Of a DNA stretch of 34,343 nt, positions 26,951 to 34,343 are shown one piece after another. A program made the position numbers and the translations under genes. The notes beneath the pieces are model-generated. The model was not told the DNA's origin and made no database searches. It worked only from the letters and a program-made list of their open reading frames with translations. Location of the stretch: positions 1-34,343 of the forward strand of contig JAFGDV010000040.1 of assembly GCA_016931955.1 (NCBI GenBank), read 5' to 3'. The stretch comes from Candidatus Altiarchaeota archaeon (GTDB lineage: Archaea > Altiarchaeota > Altiarchaeia > IMC4 > QMZM01). Positions within the stretch are counted from its first letter, which is position 1. Every line of letters begins with the position of its first letter.

Positions 26951-27342
26951 CGACCATTATCCTGGACACGAATTTCCTATTGCTGCCTTACACTGAGAAG
27001 GTTGATGTGTTCGGAGAGATAGAGCGTCTTGTCGTTGATGAATGCGAACTCTGCACTTTAGCCGGCGTCTTGGAAGAGCTGCTGGGAATACGAGACAACA
27101 GAGAAAGCAAGGGCCGCGACAAGATTGCGGCGAAAATAGCACTACAACTGATAGAGAAAAAAAAAGTCAAGGTTATTGAAAGCCGTGGACGAGTAGATGA
27201 GCAGATAATCGAATACGCAAAAAAAAACAAAGAGACAATGGTGTGTACCAACGACAAAGAACTTAAGAGGAGGTTAATAGGGTTGGGAATCCCAGTAATA
27301 CACATCATGAGTGGGCGCAGGCTTGGACTCTCCAGCCCCTAA
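26947..27342 (+). CDS. PIN-domain protein (Fcf1/Utp24-like)
   Basis: [25 protein letters not shown]; conserved position after eif2g. Confidence 0.9.
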   Translation: MTTIILDTNFLLLPYTEKVDVFGEIERLVVDECELCTLAGVLEELLGIRDNRESKGRDKIAAKIALQLIEKKKVKVIESRGRVDEQIIEYAKKNKETMVCTNDKELKRRLIGLGIPVIHIMSGRRLGLSSP

Positions 27343-27395
27343 TTTAAATTAATTAAAGGCTAATAGTTAATCTCAGTTCATAGAGAGGATAAAAA

Positions 27396-29411
27396 ATGGA
27401 TCTTGGTGTTTTACCGCCAATCTCGGGTATATGTGCACTGGTCTTTGTAGCATTTCTGATAAGGAAGGTGATGAAAGAAGGCTATGGAACAGAAAAGATG
27501 AAGGAGATCTCTGATGCAATACATGAAGGAGCGATGGCGTTCCTGAAGACAGAATATACAGCCATCTTGATATTCGCAATCTTTATGACGATAATACTGG
27601 CAGGATTAATAAATGTGCCGACGGCTGTCGCATATATTGGAGGAGCTATCTGTTCTTCGGCTGCTGGCTTCATAGGGATGAACATAGCAACCAAGGCTAA
27701 TGTTAGAACGGCCGAGGCTGCGAAAAAAGGCCTTGACAATGCATTAAAAGTGGCTTTCTCCGGCGGGGCGGTGATGGGCCTCTCTATAGTAGGCATTGGT
27801 TTACTTGGGATATACATCGCATACATAACCCTCGGAGGTCAGAGCATCCAAGATTATGATGTAATCAACATAATCACCGGCTTCGGTCTCGGCGCAAGCT
27901 CTATTGCATTGTTCGCCAGAGTCGGCGGCGGCATATTTACAAAGGGCGCGGATGTCGGTGCAGACCTCGTGGGGAAGGTCGAAGCAGGAATCCCTGAAGA
28001 CGATCCACGGAATCCTGCAGTAATAGCCGACAATGTCGGAGACAACGTTGGGGACGTTGCAGGGATGGGGGCAGATCTCTTTGAAAGCTACGTTAACGCT
28101 ATAATAGCTGCGATGGTCATAGGGTTGACAGTATATGGCATCACCGGTGTCATATTCCCGATGGCTCTCGCAGGGGCAGGTATCCTGGCATCCATAGTGG
28201 GAACATTCTTTGTTTCAACAAAGGAGGGTGCAAAGACATCAGAACTCCTATTCGCCCTCCGGAAGGGCGTCTACGTTACCGCTATCCTAATCATAATAGC
28301 GACCTATTTCCTGGTTCAGGGAACTGTAGAAGACATAAATGTCTTCTATTCCGCAGTTATTGGCTTGGTGGTTGGTGTCGCCATAGGACTGATAACTGAA
28401 TACTATACTTCAAGCGGCTACGGTCCGACAAAGAGGGTTGCTGAATCGGCCCAGACAGGTGCTGGAACAAACATAATAAGCGGTCTCTCAGTCGGGATGA
28501 AAAGCACAATGATGCCGATACTGCTTATTGCAATAGCGATTGTGGTAGCATACAGCCTCTGTAGTGGCATAAATCCCGAATCGAATTCAGGTATCTATGG
28601 CATTGCTGTGGCTGCCGTTGGAATGCTGTCAACCCTTGGAATGACCATGTCAACTGACGCCTATGGTCCGATAGCAGATAATGCTGGCGGGATAACAGAG
28701 ATGGCAGGCCTCGGGAAGGAGATAAGGAAGAGAACCGATGCCTTAGATGCCTTAGGGAATACGACGGCTGCAACAGGTAAAGGGTTTGCGATAGCCTCGG
28801 CGGCTCTCACCGCACTTGCTCTGCTGTCAGCATACACCACAGCAACAGGTGTTATCGTCATAGATCTCACAAAATCGGAGGTAATAGCAGGAGTCTTCAT
28901 CGGGGGAATGCTACCCTTCCTGTTCTCGTCTTTCACCATGGATGCTGTGGGTAAGGCTGCCTTTGGGATAGTTAACGAGGTTAGAAGACAGTTCAAGGAG
29001 ATCGCTGGTCTGATGGAAGGCAAAGCCAAGGCAGATTATGCTACCTGCGTTAACATAAGCACGAAGACAGCAATCAAGGAGATGATAGTTCCCGGCTTGC
29101 TGGCGGTTACGGCCCCCATCATAATGGGTCTGCTCTTAGGTGCGGAAGCCCTAGGCGGCCTCCTTGCCGGAGCAATAGTTTCAGGCTTCCTCCTGGCTGT
29201 GATGATGGCGAACACCGGAGCGGCATGGGATAACGCCAAAAAATACATTGAGGAAGGGAATCTGGGTGGAAAAGGCTCCAACGCACACAAGGCCGCTGTG
29301 ATAGGAGACACAGTAGGCGATCCCTTCAAAGACACCGCAGGCCCGTCACTAAACATACTTATAAAGTTGATGTCCGTAGTAGCTTTGGTATTTGCACCAC
29401 TATTCATCTAA
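27396..29411 (+). CDS. hppA: Membrane-bound ion-translocating pyrophosphatase, K+-dependent type (possibly Na+-pumping)
   Basis: [35 protein letters not shown] (Ala at the K+-dependence position), [10 protein letters not shown]. Confidence 0.96.
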   Translation: MDLGVLPPISGICALVFVAFLIRKVMKEGYGTEKMKEISDAIHEGAMAFLKTEYTAILIFAIFMTIILAGLINVPTAVAYIGGAICSSAAGFIGMNIATKANVRTAEAAKKGLDNALKVAFSGGAVMGLSIVGIGLLGIYIAYITLGGQSIQDYDVINIITGFGLGASSIALFARVGGGIFTKGADVGADLVGKVEAGIPEDDPRNPAVIADNVGDNVGDVAGMGADLFESYVNAIIAAMVIGLTVYGITGVIFPMALAGAGILASIVGTFFVSTKEGAKTSELLFALRKGVYVTAILIIIATYFLVQGTVEDINVFYSAVIGLVVGVAIGLITEYYTSSGYGPTKRVAESAQTGAGTNIISGLSVGMKSTMMPILLIAIAIVVAYSLCSGINPESNSGIYGIAVAAVGMLSTLGMTMSTDAYGPIADNAGGITEMAGLGKEIRKRTDALDALGNTTAATGKGFAIASAALTALALLSAYTTATGVIVIDLTKSEVIAGVFIGGMLPFLFSSFTMDAVGKAAFGIVNEVRRQFKEIAGLMEGKAKADYATCVNISTKTAIKEMIVPGLLAVTAPIIMGLLLGAEALGGLLAGAIVSGFLLAVMMANTGAAWDNAKKYIEEGNLGGKGSNAHKAAVIGDTVGDPFKDTAGPSLNILIKLMSVVALVFAPLFI

Positions 29412-29420
29412 AAAAAGAAA

Positions 29421-30020
29421 ATGTACAAAATACTGACTGTAGAGGATACAGTAAGGGTTCCACCGAGGAGATTCGATGAAAACCTGAAGACTGTGATCAC
29501 TTCAGAGTTCGAGAACACCATCACAGGCAGAATAGATAAAAACGTGGGCATCGTCCTCTCCGTGCTAAAGGTAGTGGACATGGGGGAGGGTAAGATCATA
29601 ATGGGGGACGGAGCAATATACTACAACGTAACCCTAGAGGTGCTGGTATACCAGCCTGTCCTGAATGAGGTCATCGAAGGCTCCGTTTCAGAGATAATAG
29701 AGTTCGGCGCCTTTGTGAACTTCGGTCCAATGGATGGCTTAGCCCATGTATCACAGATAACCGAAGACTACATGAGCTACGACCAGAAGAACTCGATGCT
29801 AGTCGGAAAAGAAACCAAAAAAACATTAAAACTAGGCGACACCATAAGGGCCAGGATCGTCTCAGTGAGCCTGAAACCAAAGTTCTCCAGCTCCAAGATA
29901 GGCTTAACAATGAGGCAACCCTATCTAGGTAAGCTGGATTGGCTAGAAGAGGAGAAGAAAGCCCAAAAGAAGAAAGAGACTAAAGTAGAGAAGAAAGAAA
30001 AACCAAGGGAGAAAAAATGA
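29421..30020 (+). CDS. rpoE1: DNA-directed RNA polymerase subunit Rpo7 (E')
   Basis: DTVRVPP, GDGAIY, FGAFVNFGPMDGLAHVSQI, IGLTMRQPYLG. Confidence 0.97.
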   Translation: MYKILTVEDTVRVPPRRFDENLKTVITSEFENTITGRIDKNVGIVLSVLKVVDMGEGKIIMGDGAIYYNVTLEVLVYQPVLNEVIEGSVSEIIEFGAFVNFGPMDGLAHVSQITEDYMSYDQKNSMLVGKETKKTLKLGDTIRARIVSVSLKPKFSSSKIGLTMRQPYLGKLDWLEEEKKAQKKKETKVEKKEKPREKK

Positions 30021-30193
30021 GGGCCTGCAAGAAATGCCATAAACTAACGGAAGAAGAAACATGTACAGTCTGCGGGACTTCAACGTCCCAGTACTGGAGC
30101 GGCTACCTCGGCATCATAGACCCGGAGAACTCCGAAATCGCAAAAAAGATGGGTATAAAGGTTCCTGGCGAATATGCATTAAAGGTCAGATAA
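30017..30193 (+). CDS. spt4: Transcription elongation factor Spt4 (RpoE'')
   Basis: Not in ORF track; translated by hand: MRACKKCHKLTEEETCTVCG...WSGYLGIIDPENSEIAKKMGIKVPGEYALKVR. Confidence 0.95.
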   Translation: MRACKKCHKLTEEETCTVCGTSTSQYWSGYLGIIDPENSEIAKKMGIKVPGEYALKVR

Positions 30194-30194
30194 C

Positions 30195-30698
30195 ATGGCA
30201 TTTTTGGGTCTGCCCGCACACCTCAGACGAAAGCTGAAGAAACCACTAGGCAATCTGCTGGCAGACGTCAGCGAAGTAGATATAAGATCTGACACCCTAA
30301 TAATATGTGTCGGCGACAAAACAACGGAAGAAATCCTTAAAAGAGGATTCAGACCAAAAATATGTGTCTACGACGGCAAAATAAAGAGAAAAGGAATACA
30401 GATACCAGAGATAATAGAGAAATACGACGCAGAAAAAATAAGACTCAACAATCCCCCTGGGAGTTTAAACATTGAAGTGTTCAATGCAATAGATAACGCA
30501 TTGAAAAGCAAAAAAGGCTTCAAGATAAGGATAGACGGCGAAGAAGACCTTATAACGCTGGCTGCCATCGACAGGGCTCCAATAGACTCATTGGTCTTCT
30601 ATGGACAACCCGGAGAAGGCGTCGTCGCTGTAAGAGTGGACGAGGAAAAGAAAAAAAAGGTAAAAGAGATACTAGAGGCGATGCAGAATGAAAATTGA
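30195..30698 (+). CDS. GTP-dependent dephospho-CoA kinase (DUF359)
   Basis: LKKPLG, VGDKTT, YDGKIKR, NPPG, DGEEDL, YGQPGEG; operon position. Confidence 0.92.
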   Translation: MAFLGLPAHLRRKLKKPLGNLLADVSEVDIRSDTLIICVGDKTTEEILKRGFRPKICVYDGKIKRKGIQIPEIIEKYDAEKIRLNNPPGSLNIEVFNAIDNALKSKKGFKIRIDGEEDLITLAAIDRAPIDSLVFYGQPGEGVVAVRVDEEKKKKVKEILEAMQNEN

Positions 30699-31251
30699 GG
30701 TAACAGATGACCGAACGAACCCCCTCCTCAATAGAAGGGAGATAAGGTTCAAGGTAGTGCATGATGGACCTACCCCAAAAATGCTAGACATCAGGAAGGC
30801 ATTGATAGAGGAATTGAATCTGAATAAGGAGCTGACTATAGTGAACAGCATAAAATTAGAATACGGCGGAAGCATTATAAAAGGCTACGCGAAAGTCTAC
30901 GAAGACAAGGAAAGTATGGAAGTGGAACAAGAGAACAAGATAAAAAAGAACCTCAAACCAAAAGAAGAAAAGATGGCTGAAGGAGAGGCCAAGAAAGCGG
31001 AGACAAAGGAGGAAAGGACCGAACCAGAGGCTGCAGAAGAGAAACCAGTGGAAAAAGTAGAAGACACAGAACCAGCAGAAGAAAAGACCGAACCCAAAAC
31101 TGCAGAAGAGAAAACAGGGAAGAAAGAAAAGAAACCATTGGAGAAGGTAGGAGACAAAGAAACAAAACCAGAGACAACAGAAGAGAAACCAGGGAAGAAA
31201 GAAAAGAAACCTAAAGCTGCGAAAGAGAAACCCAAGGAGGAAAAGAAATGA
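30688..31251 (+). CDS. rps24e: 30S ribosomal protein S24e with long Lys/Glu-rich C-terminal extension
   Basis: [23 protein letters not shown]; then ~90 aa of low-complexity tail. Confidence 0.93.
   Translation: MKIEVTDDRTNPLLNRREIRFKVVHDGPTPKMLDIRKALIEELNLNKELTIVNSIKLEYGGSIIKGYAKVYEDKESMEVEQENKIKKNLKPKEEKMAEGEAKKAETKEERTEPEAAEEKPVEKVEDTEPAEEKTEPKTAEEKTGKKEKKPLEKVGDKETKPETTEEKPGKKEKKPKAAKEKPKEEKK
31103..31211 (+). repeat. 34-bp direct repeat in the rps24e tail (75-bp period)
   Basis: 31103-31136 vs 31178-31211, one mismatch; encodes EEK(T/P)GKKEKKP. Confidence 0.85.
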
Positions 31252-31403
31252 GCAAGAGATGGGAGAGGTATGAAGTCAAGGATGACAAGGTTGTGAGAAA
31301 GAACAGGAGCTGCCCGAAGTGCGGCGAAGGCACCTTCTTAGCCGACCACGAAAACAGGCTATCATGCGGCAAATGCGGGTACACTGAATTCAAGAAAAAG
31401 TGA
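31248..31403 (+). CDS. rps27ae: 30S ribosomal protein S27ae
   Basis: Not in ORF track; [51 protein letters not shown]. Confidence 0.96.
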   Translation: MSKRWERYEVKDDKVVRKNRSCPKCGEGTFLADHENRLSCGKCGYTEFKKK

Positions 31404-31951
31404 AAGTCGTTGGATTAGACCTCGCCGGAAACCCAAAAAACGACACCGGCTTCTGTATCATGGAGGTCGCAGACGACAGAAAACACGTTTCTACGAGCAT
31501 AGTGCACTCTGATCCGGAAATCATTGAAAAACTCAAGGAGATAAAACCAGAGCTAGTAGCGATAGATGCACCCCTCACCTATAGCGGCACCAACAGGAGA
31601 TGCGACGACGAGCTTAGAGAATACGGTGCACTGCCAGTAACCCTCCGGGGCATGGAGACACTCGCGAAGAGGGGGAGTATGCTGGCAGAAAAACTCAGAG
31701 ACAATGGAATGGAATTCATTGAAGTCTTCTCCACTGCGACAGCAAAGATTCTGGGATTCTATGATAGAAGAGAGATGATGATGCAGAAGAATCTCATCGC
31801 TTCAGGAATCAAAGGCAGCGTGGATGAGAGAATCCTGAGCAAGGATGAACTAGATGCTATATTTGCTGCCATAACAGCCTGCCTGCACCTGAGTGAAAAA
31901 ACAGTGGCAGTCGGCGAAGGAGACAATAGGATAATCACCCCCCAGGTATGA
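31400..31951 (+). CDS. DUF429 family RNase H-fold protein (predicted nuclease)
   Basis: VGLDLAG, VAIDAPL, RRCDDEL, IEVF, DELDAI. Confidence 0.85.
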   Translation: MKVVGLDLAGNPKNDTGFCIMEVADDRKHVSTSIVHSDPEIIEKLKEIKPELVAIDAPLTYSGTNRRCDDELREYGALPVTLRGMETLAKRGSMLAEKLRDNGMEFIEVFSTATAKILGFYDRREMMMQKNLIASGIKGSVDERILSKDELDAIFAAITACLHLSEKTVAVGEGDNRIITPQV

Positions 31952-31994
31952 AAGCGATTTATATCCTCGTTACCTAAATATTTAGGCGGCAAAA

Positions 31995-33335
31995 ATGGAG
32001 AGAGAATACGACGTAGTAATAGTTGGCGCTGGTCCGGCAGGGATGTTTGCTGCAAACGAACTGATAGGTAAAGGCTTGAGTGTTCTGATCGTTGACAAGG
32101 GCAGGGACGTAGACAACAGGAACGGTGACATAATGTCTGGGGTTGGAGGCGCTGGAACATTCTCTGACGGCACACTAAACCTGAGACCCGACATAGGGGG
32201 AGACCTCTTCGAGCTGACAAAGAACCCCGATCTGGCATGGAAGCTCGTGGACGAAGTCGACAGAATATTCCTGAAATTCGGCGGACCGAAGAAGCTGTAC
32301 GGGGTGGACATGAAAAAGATAATGGAGCTTAAGAGGAAGGCTGCGACAGCGGACATAAGATTCATCGAAATCCCCCAAAGGCACATTGGAAGCGATAACA
32401 CACCCGCACTCATAAGGAAATTCAAGGACCACCTGGAAAAAAACGGTATAGAATTCCTCTTGGAAGTGAAGGTTGAGGACTTCATAATCGAGGACGGCGT
32501 ATGTAAAGGAGTTAAACTGAAGGATGGACGAGAGATTAAGGCGAAGTACACCATCACCGCTCCAGGCAGGGTTGGTGCCTACTGGATGAACGAAATCTCG
32601 GAAAAACACAACATAACGGCGAAGTTCGGGCCAATTGATGTGGGCGTAAGGGTTGAAGTCTCTTCCATAATAATGGACAAGGTAATAGAGATAAACAGGG
32701 ACCCTAAATTCCACATACAGACGAAGAGGTACGACGACTTCGTGAGGACGTTCTGTACAAACTATAGGGGCTTCGTGGTTGAGGAAAAATATGACGACAT
32801 CGTCGGCGTGAACGGCCACGCCCTCAGAGGAAAGAATTCAGAGAACACAAACTTTGCGTTCCTTGTGAGGATCAATCTGACAGAACCTGTAGAGAACACA
32901 ATCAAATACGGCAAATCGATAGCGAAGCTCGCCACCACCATAGGCGGGAAGAAGCCGATACTCCAGAGGCTTGGAGACCTGCGGAGGGGCAGGAGGTCGC
33001 ATCTGAAGAGCATACTGCAGAACCCAATTCACCCAACACTAAAAGACTACACTCCTGGAGATATCTCCATGGCCTTACCCCACAGGGTCATGATGGACAT
33101 CATTGAAGGCCTTGAGAAGCTGAATGAAGTCATCCCGGGGGTGGCATCGGATTCCACCCTACTATACGCTCCAGAGATAAAATTCTATGCTACACAGATT
33201 CAAGTGAACGAGAACATGGAGTCCAACGTGAAAAACCTGTTCGCTGCAGGAGACGGTGCAGGCCTATCGAGGGGGATAATCCCCGCCGCTGCGACAGGTA
33301 TCTTGGCGGCGAGGGGATTGATGAGGAAAGGATAA
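31995..33335 (+). CDS. NAD(P)/FAD-dependent oxidoreductase (COG2509-like)
   Basis: VGAGPAG, GGAGTFSDG, RHIGSD, RTFC, VNGH, YAPEIKFY, GDGAG. Confidence 0.9.
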   Translation: MEREYDVVIVGAGPAGMFAANELIGKGLSVLIVDKGRDVDNRNGDIMSGVGGAGTFSDGTLNLRPDIGGDLFELTKNPDLAWKLVDEVDRIFLKFGGPKKLYGVDMKKIMELKRKAATADIRFIEIPQRHIGSDNTPALIRKFKDHLEKNGIEFLLEVKVEDFIIEDGVCKGVKLKDGREIKAKYTITAPGRVGAYWMNEISEKHNITAKFGPIDVGVRVEVSSIIMDKVIEINRDPKFHIQTKRYDDFVRTFCTNYRGFVVEEKYDDIVGVNGHALRGKNSENTNFAFLVRINLTEPVENTIKYGKSIAKLATTIGGKKPILQRLGDLRRGRRSHLKSILQNPIHPTLKDYTPGDISMALPHRVMMDIIEGLEKLNEVIPGVASDSTLLYAPEIKFYATQIQVNENMESNVKNLFAAGDGAGLSRGIIPAAATGILAARGLMRKG

Positions 33336-33406
33336 AAGCATTAGCAACCCAACCTTCTTCTCCAGGAAAGAAAGGGATCCTATGGATCCAACAAGATAAG
33401 CTGAAA

Positions 33407-33922
33407 ATGCACATCACCATCCTCCGCCTAGGGCATAGGCATATGCGAGATAAGCGGATCAGCACCCACATCGGATTGGTGGCAAGGGCCTTCGGCGCCG
33501 ACAAACTTGTTTTGGATGTGAGAGACCCTGAAGTAAGGGACAGCATCAAGAAGGTCGACAATGAATGGGGTCCTAGCCTAGAGATTGAGGTTGCTGAAGA
33601 CTGCATGGAGTACATCAAAGACTTCAAAGGCGACCGAATCCATCTCACAATGTATGGAATAAACATCAACGACTGCATCAATGAAATACGAAAAACAGGA
33701 AGAGACAAACTGGTCATCATCGGAGGGAAAAAAGTCCCCTCAGAGGTCTACTCCTTAGTAGACCATAACGTTGCAATAGGGAATCAACCGCACTCCGAGG
33801 TCGCGGCCTTGGCAGTATTCCTCGACCGCCTATTCCAAGGAGCTGAATTGGAGAGAAAATTCGACGGCCGAAAGAAGATTATCCCACAAGAGCGCGGCAA
33901 AAAAGTCATCGAATTTTTTTAG
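33407..33922 (+). CDS. trm56: tRNA (cytidine(56)-2'-O)-methyltransferase
   Basis: [34 protein letters not shown]. Confidence 0.96.
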   Translation: MHITILRLGHRHMRDKRISTHIGLVARAFGADKLVLDVRDPEVRDSIKKVDNEWGPSLEIEVAEDCMEYIKDFKGDRIHLTMYGININDCINEIRKTGRDKLVIIGGKKVPSEVYSLVDHNVAIGNQPHSEVAALAVFLDRLFQGAELERKFDGRKKIIPQERGKKVIEFF

Positions 33923-33942
33923 CAGAATACCATAACTTAAAG

Positions 33943-34343
33943 ATGAGCAGAGAAAATGCTGTGCTTGTTTTAGAGGATGGCACCATCATCAGGGGAAGAG
34001 GGTTTGGTGCAGAAGGTTTGAGTGAGGGAGAAGTGATCTTCAACACCTCCATGGGCGGCTACCAGGAAGCCCTAACAGATCCTTCCTATAAGGGCCAGAT
34101 CCTGATGATGACCTATCCATTGATGGGAAACTACGGAATCAATAGAAAAGACTTTGAATCAGATAGGATACAAGCAGAGGGCCTCATAATCAAGGAATTA
34201 TGTGATAAACCCGGCCACAACGAATCAGAGAAAACCTTGGACGAATTCCTCAAAGACTACAGCATCCCAGGTATGGAGGGAGTCGACACACGAGCCCTGA
34301 CAAGAAAAATCAGAGTCCATGGGACATTGAATGGCATCCTAAA
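33943..34343 (+). CDS. carA: Carbamoyl-phosphate synthase small subunit (5' part, runs off the window)
   Basis: [19 protein letters not shown]...[37 protein letters not shown]...[12 protein letters not shown]. Confidence 0.95.
   Translation, partial: MSRENAVLVLEDGTIIRGRGFGAEGLSEGEVIFNTSMGGYQEALTDPSYKGQILMMTYPLMGNYGINRKDFESDRIQAEGLIIKELCDKPGHNESEKTLDEFLKDYSIPGMEGVDTRALTRKIRVHGTLNGIL

Noticed and set aside
26947-27342. PIN gene as a VapC toxin
   Set aside because: No antitoxin partner; conserved housekeeping position after eif2g.

Overview
Archaeal chromosomal window, mostly housekeeping genes. The lineage cannot be fixed from sequence alone; the Thr-rich lipoproteins and gene mix are compatible with Altiarchaeota (weak inference). 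From left to right: an IS200/IS605-like terminal hairpin; M42 aminopeptidase-psmA-SBDS-rrp4-rrp41-rrp42; an HPS-RraA fusion; mscS; a 240-bp palindrome array; a minus-strand lipoate-assembly cluster (two LipS1-type and one LipS2 radical SAM enzymes, two lipoate-ligase catalytic subunits, one LplB, GcvH, plus an M23-like protein and a lipoprotein); coaB; rtcB/taw3/rib reductase; priS; a decayed chimeric insert; gatE; and the rps6e-eif2g-PIN-[hppA]-rpoE1-spt4-DPCK-rps24e-rps27ae operon, followed by trm56 and the start of carA. The most unusual signal is non-coding. gatE carries duplicated stubs of both its 5' and 3' ends, each separated from the live gene by a short insert whose outer junction lies 3-4 nt from a CA(G/A)CCTTTT...AAAAGGCTG hairpin. 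The same hairpin family forms the array at 7.3-7.5 kb. This suggests a REP-like palindrome family involved in gene-end or allele replacement. The duplicated lipoate machinery with an M23-like partner, and a membrane pyrophosphatase in the usual soluble-PPase slot, are the next most interesting features.
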